Below are positions 13,364 through 25,937 of a DNA stretch of 64,000 nt, one piece after another; the first letter of the stretch is position 1, and every line of letters begins with the position of its first letter. Source of the DNA: Protoeuglena noctilucae (Eukaryota); NCBI GenBank assembly GCA_958009085.1, contig OY253668.1, positions 558,001 to 622,000 on the forward strand. The letters are read 5' to 3'. Below the pieces are notes generated by a model. That model ran no database searches. It was not told the origin of the DNA and saw only the letters and a list, made by a program, of their open reading frames with translations. The position numbers and the translations under genes are program-made.

Positions 13364-15509
13364 TCACTCCTTGGCGGTTGGTGCATTGGCCTCGGTCCCC
13401 ACAGCCACGGCAGCCACCTTCCCCCCGTCGTAAACCGCGCTCGACACTCGGCGCATGGTTGGCGAGACTGCGGATAGCCCACAAAGTCCCGGGATCGTCA
13501 GTGCCCTGCTTCATGCACATGCATCAATGCATATCCCTTTCACCATACCACCCCACTTGTCTCTCTGACCATGCCCCACTCTCACCGTACCACCCCGCCT
13601 CAGAGATCACCGAGCCGTCCTCCGCCACCTCAAACAGCGACCACACGTTGGCGGGCAGGAGCAGCAGCTGCTGCAGCTCGCCCTCCGTACTGCATGCCAC
13701 GACAGGAGGGAGGCATGGCATCGCTTGCCATGCAACCTGTATGTGCCCTAGTTACCGCAGGCAAGCAAGCACAGGACAGGCGACTACCCGGCTTGTGTCA
13801 CCCAGCCCCCCGTCATGCAGAGGCCCACGCCAGTGCCACGCCACGCTCGCCTTGCCAGGTTGCCGTCCCCCTTGGCCCGGCGCTCCACGATCTCCGGCGT
13901 CAGCTTGGACAGCGGCGTGTGCGCCGCGACGGCCTCCGTGAAGCACTGGTCCGCATGGTACACGCAGCGAGCCACGGAAGTCCCCTCGCTCTCGGGCACT
14001 GCGCCCCACGACCCCCCGAGCCACGTCGCGTCCAGCGCCGGCTGCTTGGACACGTTGCGCGACCCCGCCCCGCACGCGAACAGCTCCGTGCCGTGGTTGA
14101 AGTCCCCATCCCACTCCTCCTGGTACACCTCCACCTCCCTGAGCCAAGAGAGGGGACGGGCGGGAGCGTCACGCGACGCAGCAGCCGGGGTGTCGCCAGG
14201 CAGCTTCTTTGGCTCTCCGAACAACTTGCAGCTCCCCAGCCATTCCTAGCGCGCCGTGTAATATGACAGAAAGCCGCGCCAGGTCACCACGGCGTGCCCC
14301 CTGCAAAGGCCTGAACTACCGCTGCCGTCGCCTCGCCTGATGCGCCATCCCGTGCGTGTGCCATCCTTATTTTCGATGTTGTGCACCACGCGCGTCCGCT
14401 TGCGCTCCCCCGCGGGTGCGGGAAGGCAGTGTTCTGGAGGGGACATAGAGGCATCGCTGGGTGAATCTTGTTTGGAAAGCCGTGTGTGATATCAGGATGG
14501 GGGACACGCGGCACGGGCAACAAGACCGCTGCTACCATCACCGGTTTAGATCAGCTCAAGCACTAGGCTTTGGTCATACCAAGCCATCCAGGCCGGACCC
14601 ACCGATGCGTGCGTTGCCAGAGGCGGCAGGGAGGGCGTCGGGCGCCAAGCAGAAGCCCCCCTCGGGAGTGATAGGGGTGCCTGAGCTCTGCGTGCACATG
14701 CAGGATGGTGGATCACTGATTGGGGCAGTGAGCGACCCCAGCCTGCACCTGGCACGCAGCTCGGCGCGGGTGTGTACACTGCGGGGTGTGGCGGGCGTGA
14801 CCCACCAGGTCTTCTGGCGCCGACGGGGCCTCCTCGAATGCCACGGCGTCCGCCTCACAGCCCTGAGTCGGCATCAGTTTTTTGGCCTTGACCTCCAGGA
14901 GCGTGCCCACGACACGGCTGCTGACTTGCGTCTGCCAGTCGAACAACTCGATGTCCCACTCCCTGCGCATCGACGTCGTTGCGGAGTGTTATGACATGTC
15001 GCGGGGCACACGCTTGTGAGGGACACCCACCCTGTCACCAGACATACGTTGCGCCTGCCTCGAAATGCAAGGGTGTCACGCATGGCCGGTCCTCACTTGT
15101 ATGCCGCCGGGATGTAGTAATCAGGGATGGGGCGGGGCACTCCCATCTCATCGAAAACGCAGCAGCATCCCTCCCACTCGCCGCTGACGGACTCTGCAAA
15201 AGTCGGAGGGGCACCCTCGAGGGCCTGGGCGTCGCTTCCAAGCAGCGAGGATCGCAAGCTTCGTGCAAGCCAGCCATCATTCTCACCAGAAATCTGCGCG
15301 ATGGTGTCAGCGCTGAGAAGCGCCGATTTCCCCTGCTGTCCGGTCGCCTCAACCCGAACAGAGGCACACCGCCCTGCCTGTCGACCCTCGCGGCCTCTGC
15401 AGCAAAGCCTTTGTGTCCTTATTGATCGACGGAGCAGCGCACTCCGCAATCGCTCCACTGGAGGCCCATGGATGGGCCGCAGAAGGCCTTGCACGACCAC
15501 CAGCCCCAT
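13364..15509 (-). CDS. Conserved plant/algal, probably plastid, protein of unknown function (resembles Arabidopsis At4g38225 family from memory)
   Basis: Motifs VSGEWEG..FDEMGVPRPIPDYYIPAAYK|EWDIELFDWQTQ, KKLMPTQGCEADA, VEVYQEEWDGDFNHGTEL, LLLLPANVW..EAGW; last exon VSPTMRRVSSAVYDGGKV..AKE*. Start approximate. Confidence 0.65.
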
Positions 15510-15768
15510 TTCGACGACCCGCGAAGGATGTTGCCAGCACCTCACACCCAATCATCGACGGATGACGTCGATGTCACCAACGAGATCGTGCATGGCCCAG
15601 GCGATGGTAACTGGCGAGCCGCTGGCAAACGCATTCGCCCCTTTCAGCTCAGAGCCCGCGCGGATGGCGCCATATGCACGCCTCCGCCATCTCCATGAGC
15701 AAATTGACACCCTTAGCTGCGCATCGCGCGTCTCAACCCCTTGCAGAGCTGGATCACTGAGCGAGCGA

Positions 15769-16828
15769 ATGCGGGCGACCCTTCCATCCGCACGAAGTAG
15801 CCTTAGGGGAAGCCGGGTCCGATGCTGCGCAGCAGTGTCACAGGTGACTTCGATATCGGCTCCATCGCGAGCGTTGCGGTGCTATCGCCAGTGAAAACAA
15901 CAGATGCGTGTTCCTGCAGGGGTTTGGCCGGCGTGGCGTCCTCGCCGGCATCGCAATCATCGCCCCATTCTGCCCGGTGGCACCGTCCCGCGCTGAGGTA
16001 GATGTCACCAACATCCAGGGCCCAGACCTGACGTCTCAGTTCACCCCGCTGCTGCGGACGGCCATGAGCCCGGCACAAGCCCTGGCGAACCTGAAGTGAG
16101 AGCCGCGCAGGCAGGGCGCGAACTTCACAACACGACGCCGCAGTGATGTGACGGAGTGGAAACTCCGAGCGTGACATGCTCCCAGGGACGCCGAGCTGTC
16201 GTTGGAGATGGTGATTAAGGTGGCGCGCACGGGCCCAGAAGACCCGGTTCGAGCCAAGGCAGAGGCCATGTGGCCAGGCTGGGCCAAGTTCGTTCGCACC
16301 TCGGGCGACTCGGGTGCCTGGCGCTTTGCATGGATGCCATGCCGTTGCCGTCGCCCCTGCCCGATGCCCGCTCTCTCGCTCACCAATGCGCTGGCAATGA
16401 CCTGGCCTGGCCTCCGCTCTCCTGACGCAGCGATTCTGCTTGCGACTCGGTACTCGGATTCCCTTCAGTTCTCACGGCGCTACGGCGGCGGCCTGCCCCC
16501 GGGGTCCGAGCCCACGGCCGTCGACCGGCTGCTGAACTCCGTGGGCGATGTCGTGACCATCTCGGGGCGCACCATTCGACCCGAGGCGAGGTGAGTGCCC
16601 GTGGGATCGAGGTGGCGGGTGACGGGTGCAGGGCCGGCTTGTCAAGGGGCGTGTGGGGGGCAGTGCCAGTGTGCGCAAGGCAAGCAGTGCACCGACGCTG
16701 GTTGCAGGGTGGACCCTTCGCTTGCCGAGGCGGCGCTGGAGAGCCTGCGAGCGGTCCTCAAGGATGTGCCGAGGGAGGCCGCGCGGGACACCACCGTCAT
16801 TGCTCAACGCGCACCACCCCGGACGTGA
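15769..16828 (+). CDS. Putative thylakoid-lumen protein (Tat-type signal; helical, possibly PsbQ-like)
   Basis: Transit-like MRATLPSARSSLRGSRVRCCAAVSQ, then twin-Arg GRRGVL, a hydrophobic stretch and SRA cleavage-like site. Mature part spans about 4 exons, ending AEAALESLRAVLKDVP..PPRT*. Confidence 0.6.
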
Positions 16829-16977
16829 CGAGCAGATCCTCGCATTGCCAACGCGTCGCTAGTAACATGTCGCCAGTCACATTGCTACTACCATGTCGCC
16901 GGTGCCAATGCGTCCCTTCAACAGCACCGCATGCCACTAAACAGCACCACATCCCCAGCCTGCTAGTCGTCCACTAG

Positions 16978-18652
16978 TCAAGCGGCAGCGGTGGCCATAG
17001 CGCCCGCCTTGCTCTTGGCGAAGAACTCGCCGCTCTGGTGCGCGAGCTCGCAGAAGAGACGCACGTTGTCCTCCGGAGTGCCCTGCGCCACCCCGTGCCC
17101 CACGTTCAGAATGTGGCCGCGGGGCCCGGCCTGAGTCAGGCACTTGGCCACCTCGGCGCGAATGACCTCCTCCGTGCCGAACAGCACCATCGGGTCCACG
17201 TTGCCCTGGACCTGGACGTCGTGGCCCAATGCCTCCCTGGCCGCCGCCATCTCCGTCGCCCAGTCGAGGCCGATGACGTTGGCGGAGGTGTCCCGCATCA
17301 GCTCCAGCTTGCCTGCGAGTAGCAGCTGGCTAAGTCATGCAGCCGCGAGGGCCTCCATGCCCTCATGCCTGCGCTGGGCCTCGGCCATCCGTCATCTCTC
17401 ACCCGTGCCGCCGTTGGCGTGGAAGATGAGGGGCACGTCGGGGTGGCGGGCCTTGACCCCGCGCATGACGCGCTCGGCGTAGGGGAGGGAGAACTCGGCG
17501 AACTGCGCGGGGCTCAGGTGGTGCGCCCACGAGTCGAACAGCTGCACGACCTGCGCCCCCGACTCGATCTGGTAGCACGAATACTCGATCAGGGCCTCGG
17601 TCAGGTGCTCCAGGAACGCGTGCAGCACGGCAGGCTGCGTCAGCATGATTGTCTTGGTCTTCATGCAGTGCCTGTGGAGCGGTGGGGTGCCAGCGTTGGC
17701 ACGCCTATGCAGCGGCACATCACAGCAATGCTAGCAACATCCTCCGGGCTCACTTGTCCACCTTGCCCTCCATGGCGTACGCGGCGAGGGTCCACGGCGT
17801 CCCGATGAAGCCCAGCACCGTAGACTCGCCCCCGACCTCCTGCCGCAGCGCGCGGAGAGTCTCCCCGACAAAGGCGAGCTTCGTCGTGGGGTCATCCATC
17901 GGGAGGAGCTTGGTGACGCGGTCCATGGTGCGCACCGGGTCGGCGATGACGGGCCCCTTGCCCTGCGCGCATGGCGAAGCAGGTAGGTCGTTGCGCTTCG
18001 AGTGGAACGAGCGCCAAGCAGGTGCTCGGCACGCAGGCGTACCCATGCTTACCTTGACGACGTCGAACTCGATGCCCAGCGCCGGGAGCGGCGTGAGGAT
18101 GTCCGAGAACATGATGACGCCGTCAGGGCGGAAGGCCCTCCAGGGCTGCAGGGACAGCTCGATGGCGATGTCCGCCGTCTCAGAGCGCATCCTGAGCAGG
18201 GGAAAGCGAAGATGGAGGTGACGACAGGGAATGCGTGGCAGGGGCGCTCGAAGCGCCTCCCTGCTCGGGTGGCAAGCGCGTCACGTGGCCTCCCCCGAGC
18301 CCAGCCCGCCAAGGCACGGACGCGGCCCCATCGTCAGGCTGGCTTGCCTGAACGGGTACTTGTCGGAGTAATCACGGAACACCTTCATGTAGCGCCCCGC
18401 CTGGCGCATGAGCCACACCGGCGTGCGCTCGCCCTCTGCGAGGGGAAGTGCCGCGCCTTGTGCGCGCAGGGCGGGGATGCAGCCCACGAGGATGCTCCGG
18501 CAGGCTCACTCGCCTTCACCCCTCGCGACGCGCAGGAGCAGCGGGTCCCGGGCGGCCGCGCGGCACGCGGCCAGCGGGCGGGAGGTCGAGCACGGCGACC
18601 CCGCCAGCGCGTTGCGCTGCGGATACCGCAGGACCCCTGCCGTCGCCTGCAT
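16978..18652 (-). CDS. hemE: Uroporphyrinogen III decarboxylase, plastid
   Basis: [98 protein letters not shown]-terminal transit peptide. Confidence 0.98.
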
Positions 18653-19080
18653 CTTCAGACGAGACGGTCTTGTCCGAAGCGAACGTCTGGCAGTGCGATA
18701 ATGCCGATATGGGGTCGTAGCTGCTTGATATTTCCTGGATAAGGGCTGACCGAGTTCGTCGCGTCGCGATTCGACCGCTCGGGGATTGATGCGTTGAAAC
18801 CAAAGTCGTAGAGTCCTGGCGCGAATGACATCGCGCTGGGTTCTCGGCCGGGTGCGACGGGCAGCCGCGCCAAAACTGGCGTTTCCCAGACTTGCCGGTG
18901 CGCCTCGCACCTGGCGAAACAATCCTTGTGAGTTTGCGTCATTACTTCGAAACTGCAATTAGGCACCCGCACAGGCGTGCGTTGCCCAAAACACCCGACC
19001 CTGCGAAGTAATCAGGTCGAAAGGGAGTCTGCTTCGAACAGAAAGGAGCCTCATTAAGCTGGGGAGGGGGACTCGCGCGG

Positions 19081-20919
19081 ATGGCCGCGCCTGGGTCCCC
19101 CCAGGGCGGGGCCTTCACGCCCGGGGGCTCGCGGACGTCGAAAGACAGGAAGAACCACCTCATATACCAGCGGTTCGTCATGCATGACTTCAAAGGGTGA
19201 GCCGCAACGCTGTGGGAACGATGCAACGGATGCGAGTGGTTCCAGCCAACGCTCAACATGGCGGGCGTCCCTGTGACGCCTTCGGGGCTTAACAACAGGC
19301 ATCTGCTGACATGTCCGCTGCATACGCACATGATTTGCTTCTTGAAGTTCATCGCGCGCGCTCGGGTCCGCACACAGGTGCTTGGAGCTCATAAAAGAGG
19401 TGCTTGAGGAGTCGGGGGGGCAGAACGAGTACGCGATTCACGTCAAGGGCCTCATACTGCGGCAGGAAGGTGAACAGGAAGCATCAGCTGCGGACGCCTG
19501 CGCCTTCGCTTGCCGTGCGCCTGCGGGGGAGCGGGGACGGGGGCGTCGACGGACCTCGCCGCCCCTGGCACGAAACTCCGCCGTCCTCTTTCCGCAGGGG
19601 ACGTCCAGGAGTCTCTCAACATGTTCCAGATGGCCGCAGCTCTCAACGCGGGCGACGCGGAGAACATCAAGCAGGTTGCCAAGTCGCTGCACCTGCTGGG
19701 CAAGCACGCCGCGGCGGTGGAGGTGTACCAAGAGGCGATGGCCGTTACGGGGCGCGACTGGGACGTCCTGAACAACATCGGGCTCTGCTACATGAACATG
19801 CGCGACTACGACACCGCCGAGTCCTTCTTCCGGCAGAGCCTGGCCGAGACGCCCCAGGACGTCGTCTACCTCAACCTCGGCAAGGTCCTCACCCTGCAGC
19901 AGAAGTTCAAGGACGCGGAGGAAGTGTACGAGCAGGCCATCCAAAACAGCCCGCAGGTGCTGGGCGGCGCAGCATGCGCCCGGGGCGGCCGGCGGGGTCA
20001 GCATGCTTGCATCGCTCGCTCCCCGCGCCCACGCAGAGCGCCGAGTTGCTCACGACGCTGGGGCTCTTGTACCTGCGCACGGAGAAGAACGACCGGGCGC
20101 TGCAGCTGCTGGCCAAGTCGCTGCAGCTGGACGGCAAGAACTCGCGGACAGTCATCGCCGCGGCGAGCATCATGCAGGACCACTCGGACCACGACAACGC
20201 GCTCTCCGAGTACCGGCAGGTGGTGGCGCAGAGCCCCAACTCGCCGCAGGTCTGGAACAACATCGGCATGTGCTTTTTCGGCAAGCAGCGCTTCATCGCC
20301 GCCATCGCCTGCCTCAAGAAGGCCCTCTTCCTCGGCCCCTTCGAGTGGATCGTCTCCTACAACCTCGGCCTCGTCTACCTCAACACGGGCCAGTACGCCT
20401 CCGCGTTCCACTACTTCTCCGCCGCCATCAACCTCAAGCCGGACTTCGCCCACTCGTACATGTACCTCGGCGTCGCCCTCGCCAAGGTGGGCGCGCGGGT
20501 GCTGTCATCGTGATGCGAACGCGGAGCGTAGTCGTCAGGCAGACCGCGCGCAGTCCGCACGACGCGTTCCTTCGTGCCTCGCTCGCAGCTGGAGGACATA
20601 GAGAACGCGTGCCTTGCCTACGAGCGCGCCATGGAGTTGGAGGACGACTGGCTCTTCCACCTCAACTACGCCGTCACGCTCCACAACGTGAGGAGGGAGG
20701 CGGGGCCGCTTGCACCACTGGTAGCGTGCGCTGCACTTGTGCACTTGTGCAAGGCGTGCGCGTGTGCGCTCCACACAGGCTGGCCAGGTCCCGGAGGCTG
20801 AGAAGCACTACGCTCAATTCGAAAAGGCCTTCGAGCAGCTGGACGAGGAGACGAAGAAGGCTGACCCGGACGTGCTGCAGGCCAAGTCGCAGCTCGAGGC
20901 GCTGCTGAAGAAGAAATAG
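19081..20919 (+). CDS. BBS4: Bardet-Biedl syndrome 4 protein (BBSome TPR subunit)
   Basis: KNHLIYQRFV, EYAIHVKGLILRQEG, NIKQVAKSLHLLGKH, VWNNIGMCFFGK..IAAIACLKKALFLGPFEWIVSYNLGLVYL..QYASAFHYFSAAINLKP. Confidence 0.95.
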
Positions 20920-20990
20920 ACATCCATCCTATGCCAAGCTGCGGTCTATAGTCAGTGTGAAGCTGCCTGAGATGGGCGGGTCCGCTCCTG

Positions 20991-22830
20991 TCAAGCCTTG
21001 GGCCGGCCGCTCTGGCCCTTGGTGACGAGCTGGAAGGCCACGGCGCATCCCACCAGCATGAGGCCATTGGCCACGAAGCCGCCTGCGACACCGAGCCTGT
21101 CCGACAGCAAGCCGAGCAGTGCGGGACCCAGCAAGAGGCCCACGTCCCCGGCTGACCTGCGTGGAAAGAGGGATCACAGTTAACTGGCGTTTGGCGGCTG
21201 AGGGCGCACAATGCGACACGACATGGCCCTGCGGCACGCGACGCGCCTGTAGATGCCGAGGGCAGCTCCCCTCGCACCCTCCGGAAAGATGTCCATGGCG
21301 TAGGCAGCCGGGGCCGACCCGCACGCCGTCTGCCCGATGGCGTAGATAACCATGGCGACGGTGAAGACGTGCGGCGAGGGCGCCAGGGCCGCAATGAGCA
21401 GGGCAGCTCCCATGACGCTCATCCCCGGTACGATGATCTGAGCCCGGCCCCACTTGTCCGCTGCCCACGAGGCGGGCACCAGGCCTGCCAGGTTCACGAT
21501 GGCCATGAGAGAGAACAGGGCTCCCACCTCCGACGTTTGCCAGTGCAGCGCCTCGGTGGCGTGCAGCGGCATGAGCACGTTGCGGGCGCCGTTCGCCGAC
21601 ATGAACATCGTCGCGTTGACGGCCATGATGCTCACGAACTGCTTGTTCCCCAGGAGCTGCCGGAGCAGCGCCATGCGGCTCGGCGCGGGGCCCTTGCGCT
21701 GCCTATCCGCCTCGGCGCGGGCAGTGCCCGACTCGAGCGCAGACGCGGCACTCAGCGCGGTGGCCCTCGCCGCGGAGGCCGACGCCCGGTCGCGGGAGCC
21801 GCTGGCCATTTGGGGGTGCGTCTCGGGCAGGCGCAGCTGCCCGTACACGGCCGCACCCGCCGCCAGCACGGCCGTGACGGTGAAGGGGGCCGTCATGCCC
21901 AGCGTGCCCGCCAGGTAGCCCCCCAGCGCCGGGCCGATCGACAGGCCGAGGAGCGAGGCTGCCTGGTTGGTCCCCATGACTCGCGCCCGGTTCTTTGGCG
22001 TGGAAATGTCCCCCAGGAAGAGCTGAGATCCCGTCATCTGCAGACCGAGGCGAGACTCCCGATGTCGCGGCGCAACGACGATGCCGGCGTGGATCGGCAC
22101 CCGCTCTGCGCTCTTGCCTGGATGCTCGACCCAATGCCCGTAAAGAAACGCCACGCCAGGAGCTCCCAGTAGCTCCCCACGTACCCCGACATGAGCATGC
22201 CGACGGCTGTCAGGGCCGGGCCCCACACGAGCATCGCCTTGCGCCCGAAGTAGTCGCCCATCTGCCCCGCAGGCATCTTCGCCAGGAGCCGCCCGACCGC
22301 GAAGAGAGAGACGGACGCGCCGGCGGCAAAGGTGCCGAACTGCCCGAGATCGAAGGATTTCACGTAGACGGGGAGGATCGGTCCGAGGATCGTGTGGCAC
22401 GTACTGCGGCCCAGGCATTTGTCGTGCGCAGGAGGGCGGTGCAAGGAGTGGGGGTGGGAGCGCAGCGCAGCGGCGCCCATGTGCAGCCGCACCTCATCAA
22501 GATGGATGAGACGGTGATCAGGGTCACTTGCTCGACGACGGCCGGCTCCATGCCGAAGAAGGCGCCGACTCTTTGCCGGACGCCTGCGGCCGCAGGCAAG
22601 CCCTGCCAGGGCCCGCTCGGTTGCTGGTCGCCATAATCGCCATTCGTCCTGCCTGCATCGCGCTTCTCCTTCCCGAGCCGAGCTCTGCGAGCGAGCAGAC
22701 TTGCGCGTCCAAAGCTGGACATAGGGTTGCCGGGTTGCCGCCTGAAGTCTGCTTGTGCTTCACCTGCTGTCGCCCCACTCGCGAGAATTTCGGCCCTGCC
22801 CCCCCCCACTGATGTTCTCGTTCTCAACAT
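20991..22830 (-). CDS. Major facilitator superfamily transporter (DHA1/tetracycline-resistance-like)
   Basis: MFS motif-A-like AGQMGDYFGRK and WAADKWGR, LLAWRFFTGIG, IGPALGGYL, RGAALGIYR, multiple hydrophobic helices. Stop TGA at 20991-20993; start approximate. Confidence 0.85.
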
Positions 22831-23594
22831 CGTTCCAATCGCCCGGCCTGCCCGCGACGCCCCGCATCGCCACGTGCGCAAAGCTGGGCCGGCAGAGAGG
22901 CCTTGATCCCCAGAAATGGGTGCTCGCCGTCACAAAACAGTCCGTCCGCGAGCTCCAGCGCGCGACGGGGTCTCGCGATAAGAGGCACACGCCTCGGCGC
23001 ATTACCGACGCATCAAGCTCGATCGCGACATGGCGGGTGGAGGCAAGACGCGATTTCTGGATGCCTGCATAGGTGACTAGCTCTTCAGGCGCAGGAGCGG
23101 CCGGAGAGGCCATCCCTGGGTGGTCTGGCACGGTACGCGGGTGCCGGCGACACTGGACTGGGTGCACTAAGCCCAGCGGCGAAGAACCAAGCCCGCATAA
23201 TCACGCTGGGCTACCGCTAACCTATTAGGACCGCAACGCACGCGCTGTTCTTTGTCATCGCGTCGCGCGCCGTGAGAATTCATTCTGCTGCTCTGCCGTC
23301 GCTCATTTCCCGCTTGGAAGCAGAGCCTACAAGCTACATCCCCTCACTTGCGGATCTCTCCGCCGTGGCTTGGCGAGGGCAGGGCTGATGGGCGACCTCG
23401 CGCTGGATCGCGGGCACGGCGGTGCGTGGGTGGGCCGAGCCGCGCCGCCGGATCCATCTCCTGGGGTTGTCGTCGCTTCCTGTCACGAAGAATACTTTCT
23501 GCGTGCACCCGGCCTTTGCAGCCACGCAGAACGCCCTCTGTGTGAACTGCCCACGGACGTTTCCCCCGCAGAGGCGCTCTTGCCAAGCGCAGCG

Positions 23595-24116
23595 ATGGCC
23601 AATCGCCCTCAGGCGGGATCCAAGGTGTGCTGTCTGCTCCCTCTCGCCCGCGCATGTCCTCATCTCGAGCAGCTGGTCGTGATTGGAAGAGCCCCGTTCC
23701 CCCGCAGCACTTCCGGGCCATTGTCTGCAAGTATTGGCTCCGCAACTCGTGCGTCCTGGGCGATAGGTGCGAGTTCTTGCACAGGAACGACCGGGACAAG
23801 CTGCCCATTTGCGATGAGTACAAGAAATACGGTTTCTGCAAGGACTACCCCGACTGCCCCTTCAAGGTGAGCGGACGACGCTGTGCTTGGCCTCGTCAGG
23901 CCGCTGAACCAGGCTGTGGAGAACTCATTTCACGCTCCGTGTCTCTCGCAGCACGAGGTGGAGAACATCTCCGAGTGCAACATGTACCGGCTCGGGTTCT
24001 GTGTCTACGGCGACAAGTGCCGCTTCAAGCACATCAAGTACCCTGGCCCTCCGCCGGAGCCGGGGGCGTTCGAGGCGTCTAAGCCAAAGCAGTTCCGCAA
24101 GAAGGGCGACCCATAA
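23595..24116 (+). CDS. CPSF30: CPSF30-like (CPSF4) three-CCCH zinc-finger protein, short form
   Basis: IVCKYWLRNSCVLGDRCEFLH, LPICDEYKKYGFCKDYPDCPFK|H and ECNMYRLGFCVYGDKCRFKH..PGPPP match plant CPSF30 ZF1-3. Three exons. Confidence 0.85.
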
Positions 24117-24209
24117 TTGTCATGGCTTTGCACCCCCTACCTCATCGGGGTCTAGTTCAGTTCCACGCTCTCACATCGCCACACCACGCACTGGCTCTTG
24201 AAAGTCTCG

Positions 24210-25481
24210 TCAGAAGTCGATGTCCATGCCGCTGAAGTCCAGCCCGCGCCGCACGGGGTGCCCGGGCGCAACGTCAGCGAGGCCCGGGAGCGCCGCCCGC
24301 TGCCCCGAGGGGCGGATGGGGGACGGCATTTCGGCCGCACGCGCGCTGCGTTTGAGCCCCGAGCTCGGTGCCCCCGCGCCGTTCTGCCCGCGCCAGTGCT
24401 GCTCGTCGTAGCTCGTGGGCGCGGAGATCTTGGCCCGCAGCACCGCCTGCCTTGCGGCCTTCGACCGAGCCCGGAACATCTGGGTGAGCTGCAGCTGCTC
24501 CCCCGACGGTGCCGGGGCATGGACCCGGTGCGCGGGAGCCTCCTCTCGCCGGGACGCGGGAAGCGGCGGCTGCGCCCCGGCGACCGGCAGCCCTCCCAGG
24601 GACGCGACGCCCCAACCCCCGTACGGCTCGAGGGGGCACGGCAGGGCGCCTGGCGGGCTGCCCGTTCGGGGCGAAGAGGCCGGGTTCGGCTGAGTCAGGG
24701 ATTCGGGATCGCCTTCCTGCGACGGGCACTCGACGGGGGACAGCATGCGCGATGACTGGGTGCAAGATCACCCTGGGTGTGAGAGGGACACAGCCAGGCA
24801 CGCACCTGCGAAAACACCGCCGTGTCATCCAGCTCTCGTTGCTCGATGGGAAGCGCGTCGTTGCTCGAGAAGCCCCAGCGAACCTCAGCGGGGCGTGATG
24901 TGGTCGGCGGGTCCGCCACCCGCCCCGTGCAGTTGTAGGCGTCGGAGCGGACTCCGGTAGAGACCACGTTCACCCAGATCCAGCCGTCGTCCACGATCAC
25001 GTGATGCACCGCCTGCATGAGCCAAGCTAAGCTAGCGTGGCGAAATGTTCAGAGTCCACAGCCACGGCGCTCGCGTGCTGCACCCAGGCATGGACCTACC
25101 TGGACCGTCTCGCCCCCGTACTGGGCCGTCACGCAGCCCTGCAAGTCTGTGTCGAGCCTCTGGCCCGTCTCCAGGCACAGCTTGTGGCGATGCCTGGGGC
25201 ATGTGATGGCGATCCTGCCCGCCACGTCCTCGATGTCGCCCTGCTGCCCCAGCGGCGCGCCCTGGTGGTAGCACAGGGAGTCGATGCAGTACAACCTGCA
25301 GGAGGCGAGTAGGTTGGCTTGAGATGCACCGCACTCGTCGATTGCGATCGTCGGAGACCCCGGTGACAGTCGTGCACCTGCCACGAGCCCGCAAGAGGCT
25401 GACCGTCCTCCCCTCGACCTCCTTGCACACGCGCTGCCCCTCTGCCACTTCCGACGCACGCAACAGGCGGTGAAGTCCCAT
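24210..25481 (-). CDS. Rieske [2Fe-2S] ferredoxin-like protein (RFESD-like) with long disordered C-terminal tail
   Basis: LYCIDSLCYHQGAPLGQQGDIEDV (C-x-H) and ITCPRHRHKLCLETG (C-x2-H), then Q|AVHHVIVDDGWIWV..SDAYN; Pro/Gly/Ser-rich tail ending SGMDIDF*. Confidence 0.85.
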
Positions 25482-25937
25482 GGTGGCGCCCTGCGAGGGG
25501 GGGGCCTCGTGGTTGTGACGGGACGACGATGCCTCCCCAGCAGGGGTCCCCGGGTCACACCGACCGCGGTGGGAGGACTCAATCGCGAGCCACGTCATGT
25601 CTCGTCTCCCAACGAGTGAAGTCGGCGAGCGCAGCGCGGGGCCCAGACTGGTCCCGCCCAAACGGTGCAATGCGAAAGATAGCCCGCGGCGCAGTGGGGG
25701 CGATGCGCACGACTCATTCTCGATAGTGTAACATGAAATGGACTGCACTATGCAATTGCCGCACCTCACTGCCCTTCAGGCTCCAGACGCGTCCCCGAAC
25801 AGCGGGCGCCAGCAGCCGAGGCGCCCGCTGGGATCGCGCGGAGCACGACCACGTATATTAAACCCATTCTACGGTCTTCCGCAATGCGGCGGTCGCTATC
25901 TACGCTTGCGAGCTGTCAGAAAACACGGGCTAGCAAG

